Below are positions 18,605 through 28,745 of a DNA stretch of 64,000 nucleotides, one piece after another. The stretch is from Candidatus Latescibacterota bacterium. Lineage in GTDB: Bacteria > Latescibacterota > UBA2968 > UBA8231. The stretch's first letter is position 1, and every line of letters starts with the position of its first letter. The position numbers and the translations under genes were made by a program. The stretch lies in the NCBI GenBank assembly GCA_965221775.1, contig CBDCSU010000006.1, positions 160,001 to 224,000 on the forward strand, written 5' to 3'. The notes beneath the pieces are model-generated. The model searched no databases. It saw only the letters and a list, made by a program, of their open reading frames with translations, and had not been told where the DNA came from.

Positions 18605-19975
18605 TCAGGTGCCCTCCCCCAGGGAGCTGACCGCCGCCTTCAGGTTGCTCTCCGAATCGATGAGGAACTGCGCCGAGGTGACGATCCGCTCCCCCTCGCG
18701 CAGGCCCTCGAGGACCTCGTAGAGACCTTCCGCCTCGGCGCCGACGCGGATCTCCCGCGGCTGGAAGCGGCCCTCCCCGAGGCTGACCACGGCCAGGCGG
18801 CGGGGCCCCGAGTGGATCACCGCCTGCACCGGCACCGTGAGGACGCTGTCCGCCGGCAGCGGCGACTGGATGGTGACGTTGGCGTACATCTCCGGCTTCA
18901 GCTCCAGCTCCGGGTTGGCGAAGGTCATGCGCACCTTCACGGTGCGCGTCTCCGGCTCGAGGAAGGGGTAGACGTAGGTCACCTTCCCGGTGAAGCTCTG
19001 GCCCGGCAGGTAGGACAACTCGACCTCGGCCTCCTGGCCCTCCCGCACCCACGGCAGCTCGTACTCGTAGATGTCGGCGTAGACCCACACCCGCGACAAC
19101 TCGGCGATGCGGTAGAGGTGCTGCCCCGGGCCGATGTGCTGGCCGTCGTAGACCGCCTTGTGGACCACCGTGCCCTGCTGGGGCGAGTCCACGGTCATGG
19201 TGCGCCGCACCTCGCCCGTCTGCCGCAGCTCCTCGATCTGGCGGTCGCTGATGTCCCAGTAGCGCAGCCGCTGCAGCGCCGCCGACAGCAGGTCCCGCGC
19301 CCCGGCCGCGGCCTCGCCCCCGGCGCCGGCCCGCAGCCGCTCGCTGTAGTCGACGGCGGTGAGGTACTCCTCCTGGGCGGCCACCAGCTCCGGGCTGTAT
19401 ATCTGCAGCAGGGGCTCCCCCTTCTCCACCATCTGCCCCGTGTAGTCGACGAAGAGCTTCTCCACCCAGCCGGCGATCTTGGTGTTGACGTCGGTCATGC
19501 GGGTCTCGTCGTAGTCGACGCGGCCCACGGTGCGCACCGTGCGGTGCAGCGTGCGCCGCTCCACCGGCGCCGTCCGGACGCCGATGTTCTGCACCGTCGC
19601 CGGGTCGATGGTCACGGTACCCTCGGCCTGCAGCTCGTCCTCGTAGACCGGCACCAGGTCCATGCCCATGGGCGACTTCCCCGGCTCGTGGGAGGTGTAC
19701 GACGGGTCCATCGGCGCCCGCCAGTAGGCGATGGCGCGCTCACCGTCCGATGCGCTGTCCCCGGCCGGCTTGTCGGGCACCAGGTCCATGCCGCAGACCG
19801 GACAGCTCCCCGGCCCCTCGGAGACGACGGTGGGGTGCATGGGACAGCGGTGGACCTCTGCCTCTTCCTCGTGGGCGTGCATCGCTGCCCCGCCGGCGCC
19901 TCCCAGCCAGAGGCCGAGGGCGGTGCCGGCAGCCAGCGACAGGATCACGGCGATCGCGTATTTCCACATGGTCAT
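18605..19975 (-). CDS. cusB: Efflux RND periplasmic adaptor with heavy-metal-binding domains
   Basis: CPMHP...GSCPVCGMDL; YWRAPMDP...PGKSPMGMDL; GWVEKL, YSPELVAAQEEYL, LKPEMYA, QFLIDSESNL. Confidence 0.92.
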   Translation of the reverse strand: MTMWKYAIAVILSLAAGTALGLWLGGAGGAAMHAHEEEAEVHRCPMHPTVVSEGPGSCPVCGMDLVPDKPAGDSASDGERAIAYWRAPMDPSYTSHEPGKSPMGMDLVPVYEDELQAEGTVTIDPATVQNIGVRTAPVERRTLHRTVRTVGRVDYDETRMTDVNTKIAGWVEKLFVDYTGQMVEKGEPLLQIYSPELVAAQEEYLTAVDYSERLRAGAGGEAAAGARDLLSAALQRLRYWDISDRQIEELRQTGEVRRTMTVDSPQQGTVVHKAVYDGQHIGPGQHLYRIAELSRVWVYADIYEYELPWVREGQEAEVELSYLPGQSFTGKVTYVYPFLEPETRTVKVRMTFANPELELKPEMYANVTIQSPLPADSVLTVPVQAVIHSGPRRLAVVSLGEGRFQPREIRVGAEAEGLYEVLEGLREGERIVTSAQFLIDSESNLKAAVSSLGEGT

Positions 19976-19984
19976 CCTCCGCGC

Positions 19985-21247
19985 TCAGAAGAGCCGCCGG
20001 CCGACGACGGACTCCAGGTGGGCCAGGCTCTTCTCGTACTGCGTCAAGTGGCGGTGGTAGTCGATCTCGAAGTCGAGCAGCGTCATCTGGTTGTCCAGCA
20101 GGGTGAGGAAGTCGACCTCGTCCACCTGGTAGCCGGCGACCGCCGCGGCCAGGGACTGGTCGGCCTGGGGGATGATGACGTCCCGGAAGAGGGCCATCTC
20201 CTGCAGGTGGGTCCGGGCGTCGACGTGCAACTCCTCGATCCGCAGGGCCAGCTCGCGGACCTGGGCCTCGATGCGGGCCTCGGCCTCGCGGACCCTCGCC
20301 CTCGCCTCGGCGACCTTGGAGTCCTGCTTGCGCCCCTGGTGGACGGGCAGGGTCAGCATCACCCCGACGGAGAAGAAGTCGCTCCCCGAGACGGGATCGT
20401 TCTCGAAGCCGCGCTGGCGCCAGCCGGCGTTCACCAAGAAGTCGGGACGGCGGTCGAGGACGGCCAGCTCCTCGGCGGCGCGCCAGCGCTCACGGCCTTC
20501 GTGCAGTCCCTTCAGCAGCGGCCGTTCATCGAGGGCCAGGTCCAGCAGCTGCACCGCCTCGAAGTCGAGGGGCGTCTGCTCCCGCGCCGGGGTGGGGCCC
20601 ACCGGTTCCCGGGGGTCCCGGTCCAGCAGGGTGTTGAGCCGCGCCGCCGTGCGCCGGCGCTCCCCCTCCATGTGCAGCAGCCGCCGCCGCAGGCCGGACA
20701 GCGACACCTGGGCCTTGAGCACGTCCTGCTGCGGCACTCGCCCCACGGAGTACTTCGTCTGCGCGATGCGCACGAAGTCCCGCAGCAGGGCCCGGTTGTT
20801 CTCGGTGATGGCGATCGAGCGGTCGAGGAGGTCCAGGTCGAAGTAGGCCTGCTTCACCAGGTTGACGACGGTCCCCTCGCGCTCCTGCCGGGCGGCCTCG
20901 GCGGCGGCGGCGGCGTGGCTGGCGGCGCGCTCCCGGGCGGCGCGCTTGCCCGGGTACGGCAGCTTCTGGGAGAGCGTGACCTGGCGGCCGCTCATGGGCG
21001 AGCCGTCGATGTCGAGGGGGCGGAAGGGGACGTTGCTCAGCTCCACCTTCAGCCCCGGGTCCGGCAGGGCCCCGGCCGCCGGGACCCCGGCCTGGGCCGC
21101 GGCGGCGCTGTGCTTCAGCACCTGCAGCGACAGGTTGGAGGTGAGGGCCTCCTCGATGAGGAGGTCGAGGTCGAGGTCGGGTGTTTCCGCGGCGGCTGCG
21201 GCGGCGGCCAGGGTCATGACCGCGGCGCAGGTGATTCTCCGGTGCAT
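19985..21247 (-). CDS. TolC family outer-membrane efflux protein (CusC-like)
   Basis: Signal peptide; GALPDP, SQKLPYPGK, VKQAYFDL, YQVDEVDFLTLLD; first structural gene of a CBA operon. Confidence 0.9.
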   Translation of the reverse strand: MHRRITCAAVMTLAAAAAAAETPDLDLDLLIEEALTSNLSLQVLKHSAAAAQAGVPAAGALPDPGLKVELSNVPFRPLDIDGSPMSGRQVTLSQKLPYPGKRAARERAASHAAAAAEAARQEREGTVVNLVKQAYFDLDLLDRSIAITENNRALLRDFVRIAQTKYSVGRVPQQDVLKAQVSLSGLRRRLLHMEGERRRTAARLNTLLDRDPREPVGPTPAREQTPLDFEAVQLLDLALDERPLLKGLHEGRERWRAAEELAVLDRRPDFLVNAGWRQRGFENDPVSGSDFFSVGVMLTLPVHQGRKQDSKVAEARARVREAEARIEAQVRELALRIEELHVDARTHLQEMALFRDVIIPQADQSLAAAVAGYQVDEVDFLTLLDNQMTLLDFEIDYHRHLTQYEKSLAHLESVVGRRLF

Positions 21248-21368
21248 TCTCCTTCTCCTGTGGTCCGGGGCGCGGCGAGACCCCGGTATGGGGACGCCGG
21301 CCGGTACGCGGCACGCACGGGCGCGCTGCCCGGCCCTGGGGGGCCGGACCGTCCCGCGCGGAGAAGGA

Positions 21369-21749
21369 TCAGATCAGGTAGATGCCGTGGAGGGCGTAGA
21401 GGGGGAGCCTTGCGGCCCCGGGCGGAGTCCGCGGTTCAAGAGGCTTGAGGTCCGCGGCGCCGAGGGCCCGGCCGGTCGTGCCCGCCAGGGGAATGGCGGG
21501 GAACCCGTGGCCGGAAGGAAGGACCTGGTCGGCGGCCTCGGGGGAAGGAGACGAGTCACCGGCGCAGGCCAGGGCCGGGCAGCAGGAGCAGTCGGCCCCG
21601 AGCTGCGGCGCATCGGCCGCCGGGGGCGCGTGGCACCCGGGGGCCGCCGCCGCCAGCGCGCAGGGGGCGCAGTCCGCCGAAGCGGCGACGCTGCTGGCCG
21701 GCAGCGCGGCGACGAGCACTGCCAGCGCGATGATTCGGGCGATTCTCAT
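21369..21749 (-). CDS. Small exported Cys-rich protein, DUF2946/CutF-like leader ORF candidate
   Basis: MRIARIIALAVLVAALPASSVAA signal peptide; CAPC, CSCC; C-terminal PRTPPG...LPLYALHGIYLI; GGAG RBS; directly upstream of the TolC gene. Confidence 0.65.
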   Translation of the reverse strand: MRIARIIALAVLVAALPASSVAASADCAPCALAAAAPGCHAPPAADAPQLGADCSCCPALACAGDSSPSPEAADQVLPSGHGFPAIPLAGTTGRALGAADLKPLEPRTPPGAARLPLYALHGIYLI

Positions 21750-21768
21750 CTCGACTCCGGTCATGGCC

Positions 21769-21797
21769 AATATGCCCGGACCGCCGACGTTCCGCAA
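21769..21797 (-). promoter_or_regulatory. Candidate sigma70-type promoter of the copper-efflux operon
   Basis: TTGCGG (21797-21792), 17 nt, CATATT (21774-21769) just upstream of the 21749 start. Confidence 0.35.
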
Positions 21798-21864
21798 CCG
21801 GGGCGGTTCCTGCGGAGGCGGGGCTCGGATGGGAGTTATGCGGACGACTGTCCCGGCCACAACG

Positions 21865-22635
21865 CTACGTCGGACACTCGAACAGCTCTATCGGCCCGGG
21901 GTGGACCCGCGCGATGGTGAAGCGGGAGCCCGGCATCGCCCCGGTGTAGGCCGCCCCGGTGTCGATCATCCACAGATTGGCCATCCTCACCGCCCGCTCG
22001 CCGCGCGCATGCCCGCAGATGACGCAGGCCACCCGCCCCTCGACCGGAGGCGCCGCTTCCGCGGCCCCGCCCTGGACGTAGCGCTCCATGCGGCGGCGGG
22101 ACCAGATGGCGTGGTAGCTGTCCTGGCGGCTCCCCTCCCGCAGGGCCGAGAGGAACTCCTCCCAGGTGCGGTCCTCCGGCACGTCCGCATGGACGATGCC
22201 GACGGGCCCGATCTCGCAGTCCACCTCCGCGGCGAAGGGCAGGGCGGAGAAAGCCCGCACCCAGGCCTCCCGCCCCGGCGCCGGAACCGATTCCCACCAG
22301 CCTCCGCCGTTGTAGTCCCACAAACCGTGCTCCTCGCCCCGCTCCCCCGCGGGATCGGCCGCCGCGTCGAGCAGGAACTGATCGTGGTTGCCGCGGATGG
22401 CGTGGAACCAGTCGCGCCCGGTCAGCCATTGGAGAGCGGCCTCCGACTCCGGACCGCGGTCGATCAGGTCTCCTACCGAGAACAGCCGGTCCCCGCCGGG
22501 GTCGAAGGAGAGCTCGTCGAGGAAGCGCTCGAGGGCGGAGTACATCCCGTGGATGTCGCCGACGACGAAGTCCCGGCCCCGCTCGTTGCGCGCGAAGCTC
22601 CTGACGGCGCCGTCGCCTCCCAGGGCCTCGGACAC
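21865..22635 (-). CDS. Calcineurin-like metallophosphoesterase, PphA/lambda-type Ser/Thr phosphatase family
   Basis: GDIHG, VGDLIDRGP, RGNHD, VHAD, CGH, IDTGA. Start (GTG 22635) is approximate. Confidence 0.88.
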   Translation of the reverse strand: MSEALGGDGAVRSFARNERGRDFVVGDIHGMYSALERFLDELSFDPGGDRLFSVGDLIDRGPESEAALQWLTGRDWFHAIRGNHDQFLLDAAADPAGERGEEHGLWDYNGGGWWESVPAPGREAWVRAFSALPFAAEVDCEIGPVGIVHADVPEDRTWEEFLSALREGSRQDSYHAIWSRRRMERYVQGGAAEAAPPVEGRVACVICGHARGERAVRMANLWMIDTGAAYTGAMPGSRFTIARVHPGPIELFECPT

Positions 22636-22729
22636 GAAGGTCGGGCGGTACTGAAGGATCTCGGCTTCCCAGATCGGCCGGCTCGACCGCCTGCTTTCGC
22701 TTTCCACGTTGGAATCCTCGGCCTGAGCC

Positions 22730-23420
22730 TCAGTCCGGGTATGTGGCGGTTGCGCCGACGAGATCCAACACCACCTCCAGCGGGGCGTGATCGCTGAGCC
22801 CGCCCCCGGCGATCGTGCCCATCTTCGCGGTCCAGTACTTCGCGTACCGCACGTGGAGATCAGAGCTCGCGAAGACGTGGTCGATCCGCGTGCCCGCAAC
22901 GAAGCTGCACCCGGCTTCATCGTGGCCATGCAATTCGAGGTATACATCCCGCATTCCGAACTTCCTCAGCCCAAGAGGATCGTCCGATTCATCCCCGTGG
23001 AGGTCGCCGGCCAGGATGGTCGGATGCCGGCCCCTTCGCATGGCCGAGTGAATCACTTCCTTCCGGTCAGGAAGCTCTCCACAGAGGCACGCCGTGTGCA
23101 GCCTGACTCGTCCGGCGAGCAGCAACGACAGCGACGCATGCGTCTTCGGCCATCGCGACTCCGTGTCGAGCGCTCCGTCGGCATGGGCGAGCCTCTCGAC
23201 GGGTGCCTTCGATGCGATGAGCACGCCGCTGTTGCCGGAAATCGGCTGCGTTACGGGGCTCATGACGTGAGGCAGGCCGACCTTCGGAAGCTTCTCCTTC
23301 CAACTCTCGAGGGATCGTGGGGTGACCTCCTGCAACAACCTCCGGCCTGCGCTCTCGCAGAAACTCGGCCTGCGACCGTGTATCGGTGCGGTTCTGCGTG
23401 TTCCACGTGATGATGCGCAT
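22730..23420 (-). pseudogene. Endonuclease/exonuclease/phosphatase (EEP) family gene, frameshifted near 23335
   Basis: MRIITWN...RPEVV in one frame; LQEV...GVLIASK...ILAGDLH...RIDHVF...SDHAPL in another. Confidence 0.75.
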
Positions 23421-23598
23421 GACCTGAACCTACGAGCCGGCCAGCACCTCCGCGAACCTCGCGGAGGAACGCTGGCCCGGACACCCTTGCACCGATGCAT
23501 GGCGCCTGATACTCTCCATCGCTTCGACGACCTCTACCGCGGCGACTCCTCGCACGCGGGACGCGCGAGCTGAGGCTCGCGAAGAGAAGGAGATCTTC

Positions 23599-24399
23599 AT
23601 GCAGAACTGCGGCACGATCCTCATCGTCATCGACGGCTGCCGCCCCGACGGCATCCAGCAGGCGGATACGCCGGCCATCGACAGCCTGATGGCACGGGGG
23701 GCCCACGCTCTCGACGCGCAGAGCGTCGTCCCCTCCTCCACCCTGCCGTGTCACACCTCGATGTTCCGCGGCGTGACGCCGTCGCGGCACGGCATCACCA
23801 CCAACACCTGGGTCCCCATGGTGCGCCCCGTGCCGAGCATCGCCGAGGCCGCCCACGCCAGGGACCTGAAGACGGCCTTCGTCTACAACTGGGAGCAGCT
23901 CCGGGACCTGGCGGGGCCGGGTTCCCTCGACTTCTCCTACTACAGGGCCAACCTCGACGAACCGGAGGGCGACCTGACGATTGCGAGAGTTGCGGCGGAA
24001 CACGTGGTGACCGAGGAGCCGGACTTCTGCTTCGTCTACCTGGGGATCGTGGACATCGCGGGACACCGGCACGGGTGGATGTCGGCGGAGTACATCGAGC
24101 AGATCGGTGCCGCCGACCGGGCGATCGGGATCCTGCTGGAAGAACTGGAGAAGGCCGGTCTCCTGGACCGCTACTTCATCCTCGTCCAGAGCGACCACGG
24201 CGGACACGGGCAGAGCCACGGGACGGACATGCCCGAGGACCTGACGATCCCGTGGATCGCGGCGGGAGCGAAGGTCCGCAAGACCGGCGAGATCGAGCAG
24301 CCGGTGCGCATCATCGACACCGCGCCAACCCTCGCCCACGTTCTGGATCTGCCATTGCCGGAAGACTGGGAAGGTCGGCCGGTTCTGGAGATCTTCTGA
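23599..24399 (+). CDS. Alkaline phosphatase superfamily / type I phosphodiesterase-nucleotide pyrophosphatase
   Basis: IVIDGCRPD, PSSTLPCHTSMFRG, DIAGHRHGW, QSDHGG, IDTAPT; AGGAG RBS. Confidence 0.88.
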   Translation: MQNCGTILIVIDGCRPDGIQQADTPAIDSLMARGAHALDAQSVVPSSTLPCHTSMFRGVTPSRHGITTNTWVPMVRPVPSIAEAAHARDLKTAFVYNWEQLRDLAGPGSLDFSYYRANLDEPEGDLTIARVAAEHVVTEEPDFCFVYLGIVDIAGHRHGWMSAEYIEQIGAADRAIGILLEELEKAGLLDRYFILVQSDHGGHGQSHGTDMPEDLTIPWIAAGAKVRKTGEIEQPVRIIDTAPTLAHVLDLPLPEDWEGRPVLEIF

Positions 24400-24466
24400 A
24401 AATGGGAGCGCTTCTGTTGTATTCCCGCGCATCCCCGCCACGTCGATCGATCCGGAGGATTCCGCC

Positions 24467-25459
24467 ATGCGCCTGATCATTCTGATTCTCGCCACGACAC
24501 AGCTGGCCGCCGCCGACGCGCCGGACTGGCGGCGGCCGGTGGCCACCTATTCCATCGTCGCCCGCGACTCCGTCAGCGGTCAGCTCGGCGTGGCGGTGCA
24601 GTCCCACTGGTTCTCGGTGGGTCCCATCGTTCCGTGGGCCCGTCCCGGTGTCGGCGCCGTGGCCACCCAGTCCCTCGTCGACCCGGCCTACGGTCCCCTC
24701 GGCCTCGAGCTGATGGCCATGGGCAAGACGGCCCGGGAGGCGCTCACCGCCCTGCTGGCGGCAGATGCCGACGCCGCGGTGCGGCAAGTGGCGATGGTCG
24801 ATGCCCAAGGGACCGTGGCCGTTCACACGGGTGAGCGCGCCATTGCCGCCGCCGGCCACCAGGCCGGGGCCCAGTACAGCGTTCAGGCGAACCTGATGGA
24901 CCGGGACAGCGTCTGGCCGGCCATGGCGAAGGCCTACGAGAGTGCCGAGGGCGATCTGGCCGAGCGGCTGCTCGCGGCCCTGGAAGTGGCCGAGGCCGAG
25001 GGGGGCGACCTGCGCGGCCGCCAGTCGGCGGCGATCCTGGTGGTCTCCGCCGAGGATACCGGCCGGCCGTGGGTCGACCGCGTCTTCGACCTGCGCGTGG
25101 AGGATCATCCCGAGCCGGTGGAAGAGCTGCGACGGCTGGTGCGCCTGGCGCGCGCCTACCACAAGCTCAACGAGGGTGACGAATGGGTGACCGCGGGAGA
25201 GATGGAGGCGGCCATGGATGCGTACCGCGCCGCCACCGAACTGGTGCCCGATGAGGCAACCGGCGGCGAGGCTCCGTTCTGGGTGGGTGTGACCCTGGCC
25301 GGCGAGGGGTGCGAGGAGGAGGCCGTGCCCTACCTGCGACGGGCGCAGGCCCAGAACGACCGCTGGGTCGACCTGCTGCGGCGTCTGCCCGCCTCCGGGC
25401 TGATGCCGGCGGATGATGAACTCCTGGATCGTCTGGCGGCCGCCATGGTCGGCGGGTGA
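24467..25459 (+). CDS. DUF1028 (Ntn-hydrolase-like) protein with signal peptide and C-terminal TPR-like helices
   Basis: TYSIVARD...GQLGVAVQS...VGAVATQS...GGDLRGRQSAAILV...DLRVEDHPEPVEELRRL. Confidence 0.88.
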   Translation: MRLIILILATTQLAAADAPDWRRPVATYSIVARDSVSGQLGVAVQSHWFSVGPIVPWARPGVGAVATQSLVDPAYGPLGLELMAMGKTAREALTALLAADADAAVRQVAMVDAQGTVAVHTGERAIAAAGHQAGAQYSVQANLMDRDSVWPAMAKAYESAEGDLAERLLAALEVAEAEGGDLRGRQSAAILVVSAEDTGRPWVDRVFDLRVEDHPEPVEELRRLVRLARAYHKLNEGDEWVTAGEMEAAMDAYRAATELVPDEATGGEAPFWVGVTLAGEGCEEEAVPYLRRAQAQNDRWVDLLRRLPASGLMPADDELLDRLAAAMVGG

Positions 25460-26772
25460 CAGCGGAGATGATGGAGATGAACGTCACGACGACCGTGGAC
25501 CGGGAGGACCGTCCGCTCCTGGCCGCCCAGATCGCCCGTCACGCCCTCGACCGGGTCCCCCTGTCGATCATCTTCGACGACTCCACGGTCCTGGTGAACC
25601 TCAACTACTTCTTCCTCCGCGACCGCACGACGGCCCGCACCATGGCGGAGGACCGCAACCGGCGCTGGGAGGACCTGCCCGTGGTCCATCCCACCTCCTT
25701 CACCCGCGAGTTCGCCGAGTGGTGCCTGGCCAGCGGCGTGCGCGGCAAGTTCTCGGTGGTGCCCTGCCCGGCCGCTCTGGGCCGCATCGACGAGGGGCTC
25801 CCCCTCTTCAGCCGGGCCCAGCAGGAGGAGTGGCTGGCCATGTGCCGCGAGGTCATCGTCCCCGCCTTCGACATCACCCCGGAGATGCTGACCCACACCT
25901 TCGTCGTCGATCCGAAGACCCTGCAGCCTCTCCCCTCCGGGATCTGGGAGCAGTACGACTGGGCGGCCCTGCCCGAAGACCAGGAGGAGCTGGTCACCGA
26001 GTACATCGCCCGGGCCTGCCGAATCCTGGACGCCGTGGGCCTGACGCCCCAGGGGGTGACCTCACCCGGCGGTTTCGGCGGCCGCACCCTGCCGTTCTAC
26101 GCCCGCTGCGCCGGCGAGGCCGTCCGCCAGGTCACGGGCAACCCGGTGCCGTACTTCTTCCAGCGGGTCTCCTCGGAGGCCGCGGTCGACATCCCGGTGT
26201 GGTACCCCGACCGTCAGACCGGCCGGGCCACGGGCGAGATCATCGCCTCCACCGGCGACTGGACCGGCAGCTGGACCGGGTACGGCGAGGTCGACGCCGA
26301 CAAGTACATCACCCCCGACCTGGAAGGCGGCCGTCTGCCGGCCCTCATCGACGCCGGCGAGCCGGCGGTGCTCATCAGCCACTGGCAGGGGTTCTACGGG
26401 ATGCACGACGAGGACCGCCGCGGCTACCGGGCCTTTCAGCAGGTGGTGGGCCGCCTCGCCGAGCGCGACCCCCGGGGAGAGCGCACCGAGTGGCGCACCT
26501 GCAGCCAGATCACCACCTACGCCTGCGCCCGGGAGATGGCCGAGGTCTCGGTCGAGGGGAAGACCGTCCGCCTCGACCTGCCGGTGCGGACCCCGGACCT
26601 GACCCTGCGTCTGACAGGTGGAGAGGTGCGGGCGGTCCGCGTCGACCGCCGCCCCCTGGCGCGGGCCCCGAATCGCGCCGCCTTTCGGAGCGGGACCTTC
26701 CTGGCGGAGGACGGAGCGGTCCTGGCCGCCTTCGACCCGGCTCAGCGCCGGGTGCAGGTGGAAGTCGATTAG
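25456..26772 (+). CDS. Hypothetical protein, possibly a carbohydrate deacetylase-like barrel
   Basis: GTGA overlap with the DUF1028 stop; good codon bias; IIFDDS, PEMLTHT, GVTSPGGFG, SHWQG motifs. The fold is a guess. Confidence 0.65.
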   Translation: MTAEMMEMNVTTTVDREDRPLLAAQIARHALDRVPLSIIFDDSTVLVNLNYFFLRDRTTARTMAEDRNRRWEDLPVVHPTSFTREFAEWCLASGVRGKFSVVPCPAALGRIDEGLPLFSRAQQEEWLAMCREVIVPAFDITPEMLTHTFVVDPKTLQPLPSGIWEQYDWAALPEDQEELVTEYIARACRILDAVGLTPQGVTSPGGFGGRTLPFYARCAGEAVRQVTGNPVPYFFQRVSSEAAVDIPVWYPDRQTGRATGEIIASTGDWTGSWTGYGEVDADKYITPDLEGGRLPALIDAGEPAVLISHWQGFYGMHDEDRRGYRAFQQVVGRLAERDPRGERTEWRTCSQITTYACAREMAEVSVEGKTVRLDLPVRTPDLTLRLTGGEVRAVRVDRRPLARAPNRAAFRSGTFLAEDGAVLAAFDPAQRRVQVEVD

Positions 26773-27012
26773 CCGATCAGCGGCCGGGGCTCGCGCCCTC
26801 GTGCAGGATCGCCCGCGAGCAGCGGCCGCCCGCGGCCGGCCACGCCCCGTGCCAGGTCGCCCCGGTGCGGCGGTTACGCCCGCGGCTCCTCCCGCCCTGA
26901 GCGGGCATCGGCCTGCCACGCCCCGTACCAGGTCCCCCGCCGTAGCGCCCGTGCACCCGCGGCTCCTCCCGCGGGCCGGTGCGCGCCCGCTCGCCGCGGC
27001 CGATGACCCCGG

Positions 27013-28170
27013 CTATGCCGCCGCTTCCATCAGGATCCGCGCCACCTCCGGCCGGGTGAACTCCATGGGCGGCACCTGTCCGGCGGCCAGCATGTCGCGC
27101 ACCTGCGTACCGCTGAGGATCACCCGGTCCTCCGGCCCGTGGGGGCAGGTCTTCATGGAGGCCATGCCCTCGCAGCGCTTGCAGTAGAAGGAGTGGTCGA
27201 AGTACAGGGGCGTGATGCCGAGATCCTCCGGCGGCACGCTGCGCAGCAGGTCCTGCGCCTCGTAGGTGCCGTAGTACGACCCGACGCCGGCGTGGTCGCG
27301 CCCGACGATGAAGTGGGTGCAGCCGTAGTTCTTGCGGAGGAGGGCGTGGAAGATCGCCTCCTTCGGGCCGGCGTAGCGCATCGCCGCGGGCAGCACCGAG
27401 AGGTGCACGTGGCCGGCGGGGTAGTAGCCCTCCAGCAGCGCCTCGTAGCAGCGCATGCGCACGTCGGCGGGGATGTCGTCGGGCTTGGTCTCGCCCACGA
27501 GGGGATGCAGCAGCAGCCCGTCGACGATCTCCAGGGCCGCCTTCTGGATGTACTCGTGGGCCCGGTGCACGGGGTTGCGCGTCTGGAACCCGACGATGGT
27601 GCGCCAGTCCCGCTCGGCGAAGGCGGCGCGGGTCTCGGCCGGGTCCTGCCGGTAGGGCCGCAGCACCTCCTCCAGCTCCTCGCGCTCGACGACGGTGACC
27701 GCGCCCCCCACGAGCAGGTCGTGCTGCCGGTAGACGGAGGCGACGCCGGGGTGGTCCTCGTCATCCGTCCCGAAGACGTTCCGCGCCTCGGCCTGCTTGT
27801 CGTACGGGTAGACCTCGTCGACCTCGATGATTCCCACGAGCCGTCCCGCGGCGTCGTGCAGGGCGGCCTCGCGGCCGACGCCGAGGGCGGCGGCGGCCTC
27901 CGGCGGCGCGGACAGGGTGATGGGCAGGCTCCAGAGGGTGCCGTCGGCGAGGCGCATCTCGCCCACGGTGCGCTCGTAGTCGGCGCGGTCCATGAAGCCG
28001 GTGAGGGGGCTCATGGCGCCGACGGCGATGAGGTCGAGGTCGGCGGACTCGCGGAGAGAGAGGGTGAGGCGGGGCAGGCCGCCGGCGCGGGCGCGGATCT
28101 CGCGCGCCTGCGCGGGTGAGGCCAGCCGCTGGACCAACTCGCCGCCGTGGGGTGCGATGGGGATCGTCAT
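27013..28170 (-). CDS. sat: Sulfate adenylyltransferase
   Basis: [10 protein letters not shown]; [13 protein letters not shown]; MRYAGPKEA; [15 protein letters not shown]; LSGTQVR. Start overlaps the cysC stop. Confidence 0.95.
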   Translation of the reverse strand: MTIPIAPHGGELVQRLASPAQAREIRARAGGLPRLTLSLRESADLDLIAVGAMSPLTGFMDRADYERTVGEMRLADGTLWSLPITLSAPPEAAAALGVGREAALHDAAGRLVGIIEVDEVYPYDKQAEARNVFGTDDEDHPGVASVYRQHDLLVGGAVTVVEREELEEVLRPYRQDPAETRAAFAERDWRTIVGFQTRNPVHRAHEYIQKAALEIVDGLLLHPLVGETKPDDIPADVRMRCYEALLEGYYPAGHVHLSVLPAAMRYAGPKEAIFHALLRKNYGCTHFIVGRDHAGVGSYYGTYEAQDLLRSVPPEDLGITPLYFDHSFYCKRCEGMASMKTCPHGPEDRVILSGTQVRDMLAAGQVPPMEFTRPEVARILMEAAA

Positions 28171-28742
28171 CGGGCCGCGGCCTCCGCCGGCTGTTTCGCC
28201 GTGCCCGAGGGGATGAAGCCCCGCATCTCCAGGGCGGCCACCACCTTGGCGAGACTCTCCTCGACGCTCTCCGCCTCCGTGTCGAGGAAGACGTCGGGGT
28301 TCAGCGGCTCCTCGTACGGGTCGGAGACGCCGGTGAAGTTGGGGATCTCGCCCTTCAGGGCCTTCTCGTAGAGTCCCTTCACGTCGCGCCGCACCAGCTC
28401 GTCGAGGGAGGCGTGGACGTGGACCTCGATGAAGCGGCCGATCTCGCCGCGGACCTCGTCGCGCACCTCGCGGTACGGCGAGATGGCCGAGACGATGCTG
28501 ACGACGCCGTTGCGGGTCAGCAGATGGCTGACGAACCCGATGCGGCGGATGTTGGTGTCGCGGTCCTCCTTGCTGAATCCGAGTCCCTTGCTGAGGTTCG
28601 TGCGCACCACGTCGCCGTCGAGCAGCTCGGACTTGACGCCGCGCTCCCGCAGCAACGCCAGCAGCCGCTCCGCGATCGTGCTCTTGCCCGCGCCGGACAG
28701 CCCGGTGAACCAGACGGTCACACCTTTGTGATCGATGGTCAC
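28167..28742 (-). CDS. cysC: Adenylyl-sulfate kinase
   Basis: [37 protein letters not shown]. Confidence 0.96.
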   Translation of the reverse strand: MTIDHKGVTVWFTGLSGAGKSTIAERLLALLRERGVKSELLDGDVVRTNLSKGLGFSKEDRDTNIRRIGFVSHLLTRNGVVSIVSAISPYREVRDEVRGEIGRFIEVHVHASLDELVRRDVKGLYEKALKGEIPNFTGVSDPYEEPLNPDVFLDTEAESVEESLAKVVAALEMRGFIPSGTAKQPAEAAAR

Positions 28743-28745
28743 GCT

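Noticed and set aside
21279-21295. CsoR-type operator (cccc-ggtat-gggg) before the TolC gene
   Set aside because: It lacks the symmetric ATA/TAT flanks of CsoR operators and no csoR gene is nearby.
22636-22947. N-terminal extension of the phosphatase ORF
   Set aside because: It overlaps the EEP pseudogene in another frame and has no recognisable motif.
26773-27012. ncRNA in the GC-rich convergent intergenic gap
   Set aside because: No recognisable tRNA or Rfam-like motif and no clear long stem; extreme GC gives spurious pairing.
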